Shown: piece by piece, positions 1 through 8,773 of the stretch
Layout: each line of letters begins with the position of its first letter
Position numbering within the stretch: the stretch's first letter is position 1
DNA from: a virus
Lineage: Duplodnaviria > Heunggongvirae > Uroviricota > Caudoviricetes
Reading direction: 5' to 3' (one strand)
Virus record (IMG/VR): IMGVR_UViG_2657244986_000007
Location: 1 to 17,428 of that record
Length of the DNA: 17,428 nucleotides
Translations under genes and position numbers: made by a program
The notes under the pieces: generated by a model
Told to the model about the DNA's origin: nothing
Seen by the model: only the letters and a program-made list of their open reading frames with translations
Databases searched by the model: none

Positions 1-96
1 GGCGATTGCATTATCACGGTAATGATTAACAGCCCATGACAGGCAGACGATGATGCAAATAACCAGAGCGGAGATAATTGCGGTGACTCTGCTCAT
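1..96 (-). CDS. Rz: Rz spanin (inner-membrane subunit), N-terminal 32 codons only; gene runs off the left edge
   Basis: Minus-strand translation from the ATG at 96 reads [31 protein letters not shown]..., recognised as lambda Rz. The ATG overlaps the R stop (ATGA). Confidence 0.85.
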   Translation of the reverse strand, partial: MSRVTAIISALVICIIVCLSWAVNHYRDNAIA

Positions 97-569
97 ACAT
101 CAATCTCTCTGACCGTTCCGCCCGCTTCTTTGAATTTTGCAATCAGGCTATCAGCCTTATGCTCGAACTGGCCATAACCAGCACCCGGCAGCGAAGCCCA
201 GATATTGCTGCAACGGTCGATTGCCTGACGGATATCACCGCGATCAATCATCGGTAAAGCGCCACGCTCTTTAATCTGCTGCAATGCCACAGCGTCCTGG
301 CTTTTCGGAGAGAAGTCTTTCAGGCCAAGCTGCTTACGATAGGCATCCCACCAACGGGAAAGAAGCTGGTAACGTCCGGCTGCTGTTGATTTGAGTTTTG
401 GGTTTAGCGTGACAAGTTTGCGAGGGTGATCGGAGTAATCAGTGAATAGCTCTCCGCCAACAATGACGTCATAACCATGATTTCTGGTTTTCTGACGTCC
501 GTTATCAGTCCCCTCTGACCACGCCAGCATATCGAGGAACGCCTTACGTTGATTATTGATTTCCACCAT
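93..569 (-). CDS. R: Endolysin R (lambda-type lytic transglycosylase), 158 aa
   Basis: ORF-track protein [39 protein letters not shown]... is recognised as essentially lambda R. Its start overlaps the S stop. Confidence 0.95.
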   Translation of the reverse strand: MVEINNQRKAFLDMLAWSEGTDNGRQKTRNHGYDVIVGGELFTDYSDHPRKLVTLNPKLKSTAAGRYQLLSRWWDAYRKQLGLKDFSPKSQDAVALQQIKERGALPMIDRGDIRQAIDRCSNIWASLPGAGYGQFEHKADSLIAKFKEAGGTVREIDV

Positions 570-876
570 CTTCTACTCCGGCTTTTTTAGCAGCGAAGCG
601 TTTGATAAGCGAACCAATCGAGTCAGTACCGATGTAGCCGATGAACACGCTCGTTATATAAGCGAGATTGCTACTTAGTCCGGCGAAGTCGAGAAGGTCA
701 CGAATGAACCAGGCGATAATGGCGCACATCGTTGCGTCGATTACTGTTTTTGTAAACGCACCGCCATTATATCTGCCGCGAAGGTACGCCATTGCAAACG
801 CAAGGATTGCCCCGATGCCTTGTTCCTTTGCCGCGAGAATGGCGGCTAACAGGTCATGTTTTTCTGGCATCTTCAT
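553..876 (-). CDS. S: Class I holin S with dual-start motif (Met1-Lys2-Met3)
   Basis: Protein [32 protein letters not shown]... is recognised as lambda S. The MKM start is the known S107/S105 dual-start arrangement. Confidence 0.95.
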   Translation of the reverse strand: MKMPEKHDLLAAILAAKEQGIGAILAFAMAYLRGRYNGGAFTKTVIDATMCAIIAWFIRDLLDFAGLSSNLAYITSVFIGYIGTDSIGSLIKRFAAKKAGVEDGGNQ

Positions 877-1002
877 GTCTTACCCCCAATAAGGGGATTT
901 GCTCTATTTAATTAGGAATAAGGTCGATTACTGATAGAACAAATCCAGGCTACTGTGTTTAGTAATCAGATTTGTTCGTGACCGATATGCACGGGCAAAA
1001 CG

Positions 1003-1040
1003 GCAGGAGGTTGTTAGCGCAACCTCTTGCCACCCGCTTT
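1003..1040 (-). other. GC-rich hairpin followed by GTTTTGCCC in the S leader
   Basis: Minus strand reads GGCAAGAGGTTG-CGCTA-ACAACCTCCTGCC then GTTTTG. I believe the same structure exists in the lambda S upstream region; function unassigned. Confidence 0.35.
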
Positions 1041-1167
1041 CACGAAGCCAGCCATTGAGCTGGTTTTCTTTTATGCAAAGCACACCGCACCGTAGCCACA
1101 GCGGATAAGGTGATTATTTTTGTCTGTCTGGTATTTGGTTTGATGTGCTTTCAGAAAGGCCGTGCTT

Positions 1168-1201
1168 AAAACGCAAAAAGCCCCGAGCTATTAACTCAGG
1201 G
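1168..1201 (-). terminator. tR'-like intrinsic terminator
   Basis: Minus strand: GCCCTGAG-TTAATAG-CTCGGGGC (8-bp stem with one G.U) followed by TTTTTGCGTTTT, about 60 nt downstream of the predicted pR' start. Confidence 0.7.
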
Positions 1202-1232
1202 CTTTATTTAACGAGTGCATTTATCCATCGTT
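1172..1232 (-). ncRNA. Short pR' leader transcript (6S-RNA analogue, about 60 nt)
   Basis: Inferred from promoter and terminator positions; transcript ends were not measured. Confidence 0.4.
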
Positions 1233-1270
1233 GAGTCAAATTTACCCAACTTTATTCAAAAAGTCAATAT
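1232..1270 (-). promoter_or_regulatory. Late promoter pR' with Q-utilisation (qut) region
   Basis: Minus strand has TTGACT (plus 1262-1267), a 17-bp spacer and TAAATT (plus 1239-1244), directly downstream of the Q stop, as in lambda. Confidence 0.7.
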
Positions 1271-1309
1271 TATGCCGTTAATATGTTGCCATCCGTGGCA
1301 ATCATGCTG

Positions 1310-1933
1310 CTAACGTGTGACCGCATTCAAAATGTTGTCTGCGATTGACTCTTCTTTGTGGCATTGCACCACCAGAGCGTCATACAGCGGCTTAACAGTG
1401 CGTGACCAGGTGGGTTGGGTAAGATTTGGGATTAGCATCGTCACAGCGCGATATGCGGCGCTTGCTGGCATCCTTGAATAGCCGACACCTTTGCATCTTC
1501 CGCATTCTTTCTCAACAACTCTCCCCCACTGCTCTGTTTTTGCTATATCAACCGCACGGCCTGTACCGTGGCAATCTCTGCATCTTGCGCCCGGCGTCGC
1601 GGCACTACGGCAATAATCCGCATAAGCGAATGTTGCGAGCACTTGCAGTACCTTTGCCTTAGTATTTCCTTCAAGCTTTGCCACACCACGGTATTTCCCC
1701 GATACCTTGTGTGCAAATTGCATCAGATAGTTGATAGCCTTTTGTTTGTCGTTCTGGCTGAGTTCGTGCTTACCACAGAATGCAGCCATGCCGAATCCGG
1801 CTTGTGATTGCGCCATCCCCATAGCAGCCATCACATCAGTACCGGAAAGAGAGTCAGAAGCCGTGGCCCGTGGTGAGTCACTCATCATCGGGCTTTTTGG
1901 CGAATGAAATTTAGCTACGCTTTCGAGTCTCAT
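1310..1933 (-). CDS. Q: Late-gene antiterminator Q, 207 aa
   Basis: Protein [44 protein letters not shown]... is recognised as lambda Q, with its Cys-rich zinc-binding region. The start overlaps the upstream gene's stop (ATGA). Confidence 0.95.
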   Translation of the reverse strand: MRLESVAKFHSPKSPMMSDSPRATASDSLSGTDVMAAMGMAQSQAGFGMAAFCGKHELSQNDKQKAINYLMQFAHKVSGKYRGVAKLEGNTKAKVLQVLATFAYADYCRSAATPGARCRDCHGTGRAVDIAKTEQWGRVVEKECGRCKGVGYSRMPASAAYRAVTMLIPNLTQPTWSRTVKPLYDALVVQCHKEESIADNILNAVTR

Positions 1934-2595
1934 GCGCCTTCTCCCTGTACCTGAATCAATGTGAGGTTTCCGCAGAACACTGCGCCGGTATCGATATACA
2001 TCTGGTTGGCAAACTTGAGTGGTTTCACTGCTGGCGTATGACCAAAGATGAACGTGTCCGCGCCTTTGATTTCTTTCACGATCCCGTCTTGTGAGTTGCT
2101 GATTCGTTCGCGGTTCCAGATTACCTGCTGATGATCAACTGGCTTTCCAAACTCGTATTCGTCACAAGGATAATCGGCGTGGCAGATGACGTATTTTTTA
2201 CCTTTGCTCACCAGTTCGATGATTAACGGAAGTTCATCTGCTTTATGGGCAAGAGCTTTAGCCAGAATTTCTTTGTCGTAATCGAGATTAAAGAGCCAGC
2301 CACCGCCATTAAACAGCCAGTGATTGACGTTTCCACGCTCTGATAAGCCATCAATCATCATTTGCTCATGGTTTCCACGTACAGCTCTGAACCAGGTGAA
2401 TGTGATTAATTCCAGGCATTCAACGTTCTCTGTACCGCGATCGACCAAATCGCCAACAGAGATAAGCAGGTCTTTTTTGGTGTCGAATCCTATCGTCTCC
2501 AGTTTTTCCATCAGGTTCGTGTAGCATCCGTGCAGATCGCCAACTACCCAAATATTTCGGTATTTGCTGCCATCAATTCTTTCGTAATAGCGCAT
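1930..2595 (-). CDS. Ser/Thr protein phosphatase (lambda PPase / ORF221-like), 221 aa
   Basis: From [25 protein letters not shown]...GNHE: the GDLHG, GDLVDRG and GNHE metallophosphatase motifs are present. Start chosen at the internal ATG (2595) with a GGAG Shine-Dalgarno; the track's 2670 start is probably an upstream extension. Confidence 0.9.
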   Translation of the reverse strand: MRYYERIDGSKYRNIWVVGDLHGCYTNLMEKLETIGFDTKKDLLISVGDLVDRGTENVECLELITFTWFRAVRGNHEQMMIDGLSERGNVNHWLFNGGGWLFNLDYDKEILAKALAHKADELPLIIELVSKGKKYVICHADYPCDEYEFGKPVDHQQVIWNRERISNSQDGIVKEIKGADTFIFGHTPAVKPLKFANQMYIDTGAVFCGNLTLIQVQGEGA

Positions 2596-2779
2596 CTCTT
2601 TCACTCCATCCGCGATGAACCATAAGAACGTCGTTGACGATGGCGTGCATTTTCCCGTCTTTATCATCAACGTATTTTCTGACCGTACCGCGACTACATT
2701 TCAGTCTGCGTGCTACTTCTGTCTGGTTTCCGTATGCTTCAACGAGCATGTCTGGAATGGTTTTTACTGAGAACGTCAT
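2573..2779 (-). CDS. ninH: NinH, 68 aa
   Basis: Protein [37 protein letters not shown]... is recognised as lambda NinH (HTH-like). Sits between ninG and the phosphatase. Confidence 0.9.
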   Translation of the reverse strand: MTFSVKTIPDMLVEAYGNQTEVARRLKCSRGTVRKYVDDKDGKMHAIVNDVLMVHRGWSERDALLRKN

Positions 2780-3387
2780 GCGGCCTCACTTCTGCTGTTT
2801 CGCAGGTCTTTGAGTTTCTGCTGATACTCCGCCTTGATGGCCCTGCACTCTTCGACAGTCCAGCGATGGCGGTTATGGTTTGATTCGATTTCGTCTACTG
2901 CTTCCTGCCCAATGCGATTAATCAGTTCGACGCGATACGGAACGAGATTTCCGCTTTTGTGCTGGTTGCACACCACGCATTGCTTGTGAATATTGCGTTC
3001 ATCAAATCGGAGTTGAGGTGCCGCAGCAGTTGTCCGGTAATGTCCGGCATCCCACTGAGCAGACGTGAGCGTTCCGCACGAGATACATGGTAAGTCGCGG
3101 TCTCTTTCTCTGATGAAGGCGTTTACGGCTTGTTGGGCTTGTTTAATCCAGTAACTGCGGGGCTTTAAGGCGAGTTTTCGAATCTTAAGTTTATCTTTCT
3201 GTTTCTGCTCCTCTCGTCGTCGTTTCTTCTCTGCTGCTTTTTCCGCTTTTTCGCGTTCTTTGCTTCGTCGTTCGAGTGCTATCTTTGTTCCACACTCTGG
3301 AGAGCACCACCACTGATTAGCGAATGCAGGGTGAAACCATTCCCGACATTCTTCGTTTTTACATCGTCTTCGCGCTGGTTTAGCCAT
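2776..3387 (-). CDS. ninG: NinG / Rap recombination-associated structure-specific endonuclease
   Basis: Protein [33 protein letters not shown]... is recognised as lambda NinG. Confidence 0.9.
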   Translation of the reverse strand: MAKPARRRCKNEECREWFHPAFANQWWCSPECGTKIALERRSKEREKAEKAAEKKRRREEQKQKDKLKIRKLALKPRSYWIKQAQQAVNAFIRERDRDLPCISCGTLTSAQWDAGHYRTTAAAPQLRFDERNIHKQCVVCNQHKSGNLVPYRVELINRIGQEAVDEIESNHNRHRWTVEECRAIKAEYQQKLKDLRNSRSEAA

Positions 3388-3556
3388 CGTCTTCTTCCTC
3401 GTACATTGAGCTATTCGGATCGCTCATCAGTTCTGCACAGCAGTGCTCACACACGTGAACTTCCAGCACATGCAGCTTCTGACCGCAGTTAGCGCACGTT
3501 AAAGCCCGCTCGACGCTTTCTTTCTGGTATTGAAGGGATTGGGATGGACTAAGCAT
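3380..3556 (-). CDS. ninF: NinF, 58 aa (absent from the ORF track because under 60 aa)
   Basis: Hand translation of the minus strand gives [58 protein letters not shown]. The stop overlaps the ninG ATG. Confidence 0.85.
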   Translation of the reverse strand: MLSPSQSLQYQKESVERALTCANCGQKLHVLEVHVCEHCCAELMSDPNSSMYEEEDDG

Positions 3557-3896
3557 TATTGGCGTCCTGCATCATGAGAAATACAATCATGGCGGCGCGG
3601 AGTGGGTTGTTGTCTATGGTAATAAATTCACAAAATCTATCCGCCTCCCACCAATATTCATTCTTCATTCCAGGATTATTTCTTTCGTATGCACATATGC
3701 TGATCTGATGTTTTGCAATTACAGGCCATGCATCTGCTGGGTTATTGCAGTAGTCGTACCATCGATAATTACCATTTACTTCATTGCCAACAGACCGTCC
3801 ATCTGCGTTGTGCGGATAACCTAATGGTTTTGCCCCAACTATCGCTTTAAATACTCGCTTGTTAATTTCAAAATCACTTAACTGTGAATAATCCAT
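3549..3896 (-). CDS. Hypothetical nin-region protein (NinX / DUF2591-like), about 115 aa
   Basis: ORF MDYSQLSDFEINKRVFKAIVGAKPLGYPHNADG.... Start placed at the ATG at 3896 (AGGA Shine-Dalgarno 7 nt upstream); an ATG at 3902 coupled to the ninE stop is the alternative. The track's 3938 start is a GTG extension. Confidence 0.65.
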   Translation of the reverse strand: MDYSQLSDFEINKRVFKAIVGAKPLGYPHNADGRSVGNEVNGNYRWYDYCNNPADAWPVIAKHQISICAYERNNPGMKNEYWWEADRFCEFITIDNNPLRAAMIVFLMMQDANNA

Positions 3897-3898
3897 TG

Positions 3899-4075
3899 TC
3901 ATTTCCTCGCACGATGTCTTAGCCACCGGATATCCCACAGGTGAGCCGTGTAGTTGAAGGTTTTTACGTCAGATTCTTTTGGGATTGGCTTGCGTTTATT
4001 TCTGGAGCGTTTCGTTGGAAGGTATTTGCAGTTTTCGCAGATTATGTCGGTGATACTTCGTCGCTGTCTCGCCAC
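3899..4075 (-). CDS. ninE: NinE, 58 aa, GTG start (absent from the ORF track)
   Basis: Hand translation: (M)[57 protein letters not shown], recognised as lambda NinE. AAGGAGG lies 4 nt upstream of the GTG. Confidence 0.75.
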
Positions 4076-4215
4076 ACGTCCTCCTTTTCCTGCGGTAGTG
4101 GTAACACCCCTGTTGGTGTTCTTTCACATCGGAGACACCATCGATTCCAGTAAGGTTGCCCGGGTCGAAAGCGATCGTCTTCCTTTCGCTCTCCACATCG
4201 ATAACAGTGCTTCAT
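4042..4215 (-). CDS. ninD: Small Cys-rich protein, probable NinD (57 aa)
   Basis: [34 protein letters not shown].... The ATG overlaps the methyltransferase stop (ATGA). Size and position match lambda ninD; the sequence was not verified from memory. Confidence 0.55.
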
Positions 4216-4802
4216 GCGATCACCATTTTGCATGGTTTAATCGCCATGCCGGTAGCCAGTTCAAAATCGGAGTCGCACTGATTGCCCCACATATCCCACC
4301 CGGTCACTTTGTCGCGGCTAAATAACTCACAGCGCGGCACGTCGCCAAGCAACTTAGCTAACATGTCTCTTACGATCGGTGGTTTTGCACTGTGCTCCAT
4401 TCTCGGTGCGGTAAAGTGCTGGCATATTGAAGCGTCCATTCTCTCAGGTAACCGCCCTCGAACGGCAAACAAGCAATCCTCGCTATTTGCCCGGGTCATA
4501 TGCCCCATTCCGATCGCACTGTTGCCTTTGTGCTTATTGGTTTTGTGCCAAGTAAAGCCTTTCATAGTCATCAACCTGAATCCCCACGCCTCAATTACCT
4601 TTAGCGCTTCGGCTGGCTGTGTCGGCACCCACCACATCGCTAACAAGCAAGATTCTGGATCCGCTAAATCCCATACTGGCAGTCGGCAAATGTCCTGAAC
4701 ATTCATAACATCGTATTTATGTCCAGCACCGCGATTGCCATCGTTGGCTTTGTCGCGATATTGCCAAGGCGGATCTGCGTAAATAAGTCGGTATTTGTTC
4801 AT
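4212..4802 (-). CDS. DNA N6-adenine methyltransferase, MT-A70 family, 196 aa
   Basis: N-terminal motif YADPPW (DPPW catalytic motif) and overall MT-A70-like layout. Occupies the position of lambda ninC, coupled to the ninB stop. Confidence 0.8.
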   Translation of the reverse strand: MNKYRLIYADPPWQYRDKANDGNRGAGHKYDVMNVQDICRLPVWDLADPESCLLAMWWVPTQPAEALKVIEAWGFRLMTMKGFTWHKTNKHKGNSAIGMGHMTRANSEDCLFAVRGRLPERMDASICQHFTAPRMEHSAKPPIVRDMLAKLLGDVPRCELFSRDKVTGWDMWGNQCDSDFELATGMAIKPCKMVIA

Positions 4803-5239
4803 TCAGTTTTATCTCCCCATCTCGCTTTCCACTCCAGAGCCAGTCGCGCTTCGTCTGACCATTTAACGCCACGTTCTGTACCGAATGCCTGTATAAGCTC
4901 TAATAGCTCCGCAAATTCGCCTACACGCATCCTGCTGGTTGACTGGCCTATTACCACAAAGCCATTCCCGGCAAGGTTAGGAACAACGTCCTGCTGCTTT
5001 AATGCTGCGGTAAACACACACTTCCAGCTTTCTGCATCCAGCCAGCGACCATGCCATTCAACCTGACGAGAGACGTCACCAAGGCAAGCCCAAAGCTTTC
5101 GGTTTTGGTCTAAGCTGCGGTTGCGTTCCTGAATGGTTACTACGATTGGTTTGGTTGGGTCTGGAAGGATTTGCTGGATAGCTTGAATGGCGTTCTGCTG
5201 ATGGATGGGGCTTCTTAGTTCAAACGTTAGTTTCCTCAT
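4799..5239 (-). CDS. ninB: NinB recombination protein, 146 aa
   Basis: Protein MRKLTFELRSPIHQQNAIQAIQQILPDPTKPIVVTIQERNRSLDQNRKLWACLGDV... is recognised as lambda NinB. Confidence 0.9.
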   Translation of the reverse strand: MRKLTFELRSPIHQQNAIQAIQQILPDPTKPIVVTIQERNRSLDQNRKLWACLGDVSRQVEWHGRWLDAESWKCVFTAALKQQDVVPNLAGNGFVVIGQSTSRMRVGEFAELLELIQAFGTERGVKWSDEARLALEWKARWGDKTE

Positions 5240-5474
5240 TGCTCACCTTCTGCACGCATGGATTAATTAACGCCAAAATAGCTTCTGGTTTCTCAATAAC
5301 ATCGAACCGCTCACCACTTGCCATTCTTACAATCGTAATCCCGGCCTCAAATAGGGTTTCGATGTTGTCAGAGTTAACGTACAAGGGCTCATATGCACTT
5401 CTGGTGCTTTCTATCACGCCTGTGCTTGGTGGCTGATAGATGCTGCATTGCATGGTTAATTTTATAAATGGCAT
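5220..5474 (-). CDS. Hypothetical protein, 84 aa
   Basis: ORF with a strong Shine-Dalgarno (GGAG 7 nt before the ATG), in the ren-equivalent position between the helicase and ninB. Confidence 0.6.
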   Translation of the reverse strand: MPFIKLTMQCSIYQPPSTGVIESTRSAYEPLYVNSDNIETLFEAGITIVRMASGERFDVIEKPEAILALINPCVQKVSNEETNV

Positions 5475-5478
5475 ATAC

Positions 5479-5742
5479 TCACTCCTTCACTTTGATTCCA
5501 GCGGCGCGGATAGCCTCTACATCGCTTTCGTATTGCGATTCTGCACCTGAGTCATAGCCAATGTGATAATCACCGGGAAGTGGGCCTTTCTTTGGCTTTT
5601 GCAGCTCAATCTCGATAGCTGCTCGCGATGCCTGCCACGCTTGCCAATACATCTCAACTATATTGGCGTATATTTTATTTTTAGGATCACATCCGGTGTA
5701 ATTTTCAAACCATTCTTCAAACTGCTTTCTTGATTCGTCCAT
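5479..5742 (-). CDS. Hypothetical protein, 87 aa
   Basis: ORF MDESRKQFEEWFENYTGCDPKNKIY... with a GAGGG Shine-Dalgarno upstream. Confidence 0.6.
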   Translation of the reverse strand: MDESRKQFEEWFENYTGCDPKNKIYANIVEMYWQAWQASRAAIEIELQKPKKGPLPGDYHIGYDSGAESQYESDVEAIRAAGIKVKE

Positions 5743-5759
5743 CGATACTTACCCTCAGT

Positions 5760-5966
5760 TCAACTCACAAAACGCCACGCCATTTTTGCTACAGCGACAG
5801 GCATAACACCGATAATCACCCACAGGAAAATGCTACCGAAAAGCACACCCACCAGGTCTTTACCTTCGCCTACCAACCGGACAAAACTGCTGGCAACAAC
5901 AATGAACGTCGCCACCATCCACATAGCACCGAGAATCCTCAATGCAGAGAAAATTAACTCAGCCAC
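5760..5966 (-). CDS. Small hydrophobic protein with two predicted transmembrane segments, 68 aa, GTG start
   Basis: (M)AELIFSALRILGAMWMVATFIVVASSFVRLVGEGKDLVGVLFGSIFLWVIIGVMPVAVAKMAWRFVS. GGAGG lies 7-8 nt upstream of the GTG. Confidence 0.5.
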   Translation of the reverse strand: MAELIFSALRILGAMWMVATFIVVASSFVRLVGEGKDLVGVLFGSIFLWVIIGVMPVAVAKMAWRFVS

Positions 5967-5981
5967 GATTCACCCTCCCCC

Positions 5982-6013
5982 AAATAAAAAGGCCTGCGAT
6001 TACCAGCAGGCCT
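5982..6013 (-). terminator. tR2-like intrinsic terminator between the replication and nin modules
   Basis: Perfect inverted repeat AGGCCTGC-N8-GCAGGCCT (5990-6013) followed on the minus strand by TTTTTATTT. Confidence 0.7.
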
Positions 6014-6038
6014 GTTATTAGCTCAGTAATGTAGATGG

Positions 6039-7415
6039 TCATACGTCCGCTCCTTGTGCATATCGTCTGCCACGTGCAGCGGGTGCATTTGATGTTGTGC
6101 AAATCTGTCTGGCTTCATCCTGGTCACATGCAACAAAGTGTCCGTTGCAGAACCGCTGGTAAACCGTACCAAGCGAGCCAAAACGGTTTTTTGTCACAAT
6201 GATTTCAGCAAATGGTGCGGCGCTACTGTTCTCGTCATATACCGCTTCCCGATAGAGCATGATGATTGAGTCTGCGTCCTGTTCAATGCTTCCTGAATCA
6301 CGCAAATCTGCGTTTGTCGGGCGTTTGTTTGGTCGCTTCTCAACATCGCGCGAAAGCTGACTCAGGGAGATAACAGGCGTTTTCAGGTCTTTCGCCATCG
6401 CCTTCAGGCTTCCGGAGATGTGAGCAATTGCGAGGTCGTTGCGGTCTGCTTTCGGCTTCTCAATCAGGCCAAGATAATCCGCCATGATGAGTGACAGGTT
6501 TGGATTTTCCTGTTTGTGCCGTTCTGCGATTGAGCGTATTTCTTCGACCGATAACCGCGAGGCATCGACTACCCATACATCCAAATCTGCAAGCTGACTC
6601 ATGCCGTTAGCAACGCGCGCCCAGCCTTCGTCATCCATCGATGCAGGATTTCGCAGCACGCTAACCGACATCCTCCCGGCGTTGGCAATACTTCGCTCTG
6701 CAATCTGCAATGCGCTCATTTCCATCGAGAAAATCAACACTCCGCGCCGGACGTCAGAACCAGGAATAACGCGGCTTGCAACGCCTTCGGCAATCTTCAG
6801 CGCCAGTTCGGTTTTACCCATACCAGGACGAGCGGCGATAATCACCAGGTCTTCTGCGTTCATCCCTCCGGTGATGGCGTCAAGTTCGTCGATTCCGGTC
6901 TTCAGGGTATCTGACTCTTCTCCGTTCCTCAGACGCCTGTCAAGCGTGTCAGTGTAGTCAGTGATGATTTCCCCTAACCGTACAGGTTTAACCTCGTCAC
7001 GGGGCTTTCTGATGGCTGAAAGACGCTTTACAAGTTCATCCATCGCCTGACTCGATGCGTCGATGGTTCCGCTTTGGATTGGTTCACGCATTTCATCCAT
7101 GATTTCCAGCACCAGACGGCGGTGATAGTTATCCGCGACCATTCCGGCATATCCCTTCAGGTTTGCGGCACTCGGGCAGTTTTTGCTGGTCATCAGGATT
7201 GACGTGAAATGCTCCTCTCCGCACGCCTCGGCAACCATCAGCGCATCGATTAGGTTTCTGTTTCTCGCCTGCTTGCGAATAACCTCGAAGGCTTTCCGGT
7301 AGAGCGGAATTGAAAACGCTTCCGGCTCTAGCGTTGCCAGAACGTCGCTGGCAGTTGGTGTTAATCCACCAATCAGCAGGCCACCGATAACGCTCGCTTC
7401 GATATCCTGTTTCAT
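6039..7415 (-). CDS. Replicative DNA helicase, DnaB family, 458 aa
   Basis: Walker A ARPGMGKT and DnaB-like N- and C-terminal regions. Its ATG overlaps the O stop (ATGA). Confidence 0.9.
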   Translation of the reverse strand: MKQDIEASVIGGLLIGGLTPTASDVLATLEPEAFSIPLYRKAFEVIRKQARNRNLIDALMVAEACGEEHFTSILMTSKNCPSAANLKGYAGMVADNYHRRLVLEIMDEMREPIQSGTIDASSQAMDELVKRLSAIRKPRDEVKPVRLGEIITDYTDTLDRRLRNGEESDTLKTGIDELDAITGGMNAEDLVIIAARPGMGKTELALKIAEGVASRVIPGSDVRRGVLIFSMEMSALQIAERSIANAGRMSVSVLRNPASMDDEGWARVANGMSQLADLDVWVVDASRLSVEEIRSIAERHKQENPNLSLIMADYLGLIEKPKADRNDLAIAHISGSLKAMAKDLKTPVISLSQLSRDVEKRPNKRPTNADLRDSGSIEQDADSIIMLYREAVYDENSSAAPFAEIIVTKNRFGSLGTVYQRFCNGHFVACDQDEARQICTTSNAPAARGRRYAQGADV

Positions 7416-8233
7416 GCAATCCCCCTGTCTGCAAACTTCCCTTCCCGTACTCCCATTAACGAATCTTCCCTCAGCAGGTAATCAAAATCAGCTGTCCAGC
7501 CCGTGTCGTTGTCTCCGAAGTAAAACGGCTTGGCCTGATGCACAAACGCCCTGACATACGCTCTGAAACCGTCCACGTTTGGCGTTTTCAGTTGCGGGAT
7601 GATTTTCTTCAGGCGGCGTTTGCGTTTCTCGTTGACCGCAACAGCGTGTGGCAGTCTGTCACCGACTTCGGTGTTGTAGGCGTTCAGGAAGGATTCGTAG
7701 TCGATTCGTTCTGCCTTGCGACGTTCAGGTTTAACCTGCCCATCGCCGCCCCCGTTAGGGGGTAAGGGGGTATTTGTATTTATTGTCTTTTGTATATTGT
7801 CTTTTGTGTTTAGCTGACTTGGCTTATACCCATTAGCCGACTCGGCTAATGTTTTATTAGCTGTTTTAGCTAATGTTAAGCTGTCCTGGCTAATCCACTG
7901 AGAAACCACCTTGTTCACTCCGATTTTCACGCCATCAGCAATGAGGAATTTACGCTCGATAAGCTGGCGCTTGGCAGCGCAAACATGAGTGTGATGAATA
8001 CCTGTCATGGCTGCTATCTGCGTGTTTGTGAGTCGATCCATCGGCTTATTGAATCCGTATGTCTTGCGCATGATAGCGAGCATCACCTTCAGCTGCCGGA
8101 CGGTTAAATCAGCCATCAGCAGACTGTCGGTAATCTCGTTAGCAACGCGCATGAAACCATCTTCGGTATCTGCCACGCGATGCTCCACGACCTCCAGTTG
8201 AGGCCTGTAATCAGCTAACTTAACGACGCCCAT
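7412..8233 (-). CDS. O: Replication initiator protein O (lambda O-like), 273 aa
   Basis: The N-terminal region (...[37 protein letters not shown]...) resembles lambda O. The gene contains the iteron array. Confidence 0.9.
   Translation of the reverse strand: MGVVKLADYRPQLEVVEHRVADTEDGFMRVANEITDSLLMADLTVRQLKVMLAIMRKTYGFNKPMDRLTNTQIAAMTGIHHTHVCAAKRQLIERKFLIADGVKIGVNKVVSQWISQDSLTLAKTANKTLAESANGYKPSQLNTKDNIQKTINTNTPLPPNGGGDGQVKPERRKAERIDYESFLNAYNTEVGDRLPHAVAVNEKRKRRLKKIIPQLKTPNVDGFRAYVRAFVHQAKPFYFGDNDTGWTADFDYLLREDSLMGVREGKFADRGIA
7766..7894. repeat. Replication origin inside O: four iterons of about 19 bp plus an adjacent AT-rich region
   Basis: Iterons TTAGCTGACTTGGCTTATA, ATTAGCCGACTCGGCTAAT, ATTAGCTGTTTTAGCTAAT and TTAAGCTGTCCTGGCTAAT at about 7810-7894. 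AT-rich tract 7766-7809, next to a G-rich CCCCCGTTAGGGGGTAAGGGGG run. Confidence 0.8.
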
Positions 8234-8381
8234 GTTTCACTCCTGCTTTGGCTAGTCTGTAAACACCAACAAGGCGCTCTGCGAACGCCCTGCTATTTGC
8301 TGCGGCTACCACTAATCCCTCAGGTGAATCAGGGTGTCGAATCTCTTCTTTTTCCTGGTATTTCTTACGACGTTTTGTCAT
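8220..8381 (-). CDS. Small basic protein, 53 aa, between cII and O
   Basis: Hand translation: [58 protein letters not shown] lies 6 nt upstream of the ATG. The 3' end overlaps the O start. Confidence 0.45.
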   Translation of the reverse strand: MTKRRKKYQEKEEIRHPDSPEGLVVAAANSRAFAERLVGVYRLAKAGVKHGRR

Positions 8382-8384
8382 AAT

Positions 8385-8459
8385 TACTCCTGTGGATTGA
8401 TCCAGTCTTTCTACATCAGGCCTCGAAGAATTCGCCGTTCTTCGGGGCTTTTTCTTTTG
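8385..8459 (+). ncRNA. oop: oop-like antisense RNA overlapping the 3' end of cII, ending at an intrinsic terminator
   Basis: Plus-strand hairpin CCTCGAAGAA-TTCGCCG-TTCTTCGGGG (8421-8447) followed by CTTTTTCTTTTG, inside the last codons of cII, as for lambda oop. The 5' end and promoter were not located. Confidence 0.5.
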
Positions 8460-8697
8460 TCAGGTAATTGGCAAGCCGCTTAGTCAGCTCAGCCATTTCA
8501 TCGTCTTCGATTCCGTATTCCAGAACAGCCAGCATCATGCTTACCTGCGAGAAGAAACCATTCTTCCATCGGCTTACCTGATATTCAGGAACCCCCATCG
8601 CTCGAGCGAATGTCTTCTGCCCCATCAGTGCCAGTTTGTTCAGCAAGGCTGACTCGATGCGAGCCGCTTTCTTGCTTTTAGTTGCAATAGTACCCAT
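8416..8697 (-). CDS. cII: CII transcriptional activator homolog, 93 aa
   Basis: ...ARIESALLNKLALMGQKTFARAMGVPEYQVSRWKNGFFSQVSMMLAVLEYGIEDDEMAELTKRLA... resembles lambda CII. Confidence 0.9.
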   Translation of the reverse strand: MGTIATKSKKAARIESALLNKLALMGQKTFARAMGVPEYQVSRWKNGFFSQVSMMLAVLEYGIEDDEMAELTKRLANYLTKEKAPKNGEFFEA

Positions 8698-8719
8698 AGA
8701 TAATTTCCTTAATGATTAG

Positions 8720-8760
8720 ATAGAGTTGGCTTCGCAAAGAAACGCAAAACCATAGAGATT
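8720..8760 (+). promoter_or_regulatory. Probable pRE region with a CII-binding direct repeat (TTGC-N6-TTGC)
   Basis: Complement of 8724-8737 reads TTGCGTTTCTTTGC, at the 5' edge of cII and oriented for leftward (plus-strand) transcription toward cI. Confidence 0.55.
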
Positions 8761-8773
8761 TTTTTCTGGTAAT

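Noticed and set aside
668-892. Plus-strand 74-aa ORF
   Set aside because: Lies antisense inside the well-supported S holin gene and its leader, with no RBS; a chance frame.
1426-1807. Plus-strand ORFs of 78 and 79 aa
   Set aside because: Antisense within Q, which is confidently identified; no independent support.
1930-2670. 246-aa version of the phosphatase ORF starting at 2670
   Set aside because: The first 25 codons overlap ninH and lack an RBS. The internal ATG at 2595 gives the canonical 221-aa phosphatase with an SD.
3941-4698. Plus-strand ORFs 3941..4153, 3954..4325 and 4282..4698, and minus-strand ORF 3996..4196
   Set aside because: They overlap the coherent minus-strand ninD/ninE/methyltransferase genes in other frames or antisense. 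ninE and ninD account for the coding signal.
4719-5066. Plus-strand 115-aa ORF
   Set aside because: Antisense to ninB.
5239-6021. Plus-strand ORFs 5239..5436, 5730..5957 and 5830..6021
   Set aside because: Antisense to minus-strand genes with good RBSs; the products are low-complexity and chance-like.
6601-7765. ORFs 6601..6957 (+), 7129..7434 (-) and 7538..7765 (+)
   Set aside because: Embedded in or antisense to the DnaB-type helicase and O genes.
8007-8201. Plus-strand 64-aa ORF
   Set aside because: Antisense inside O.
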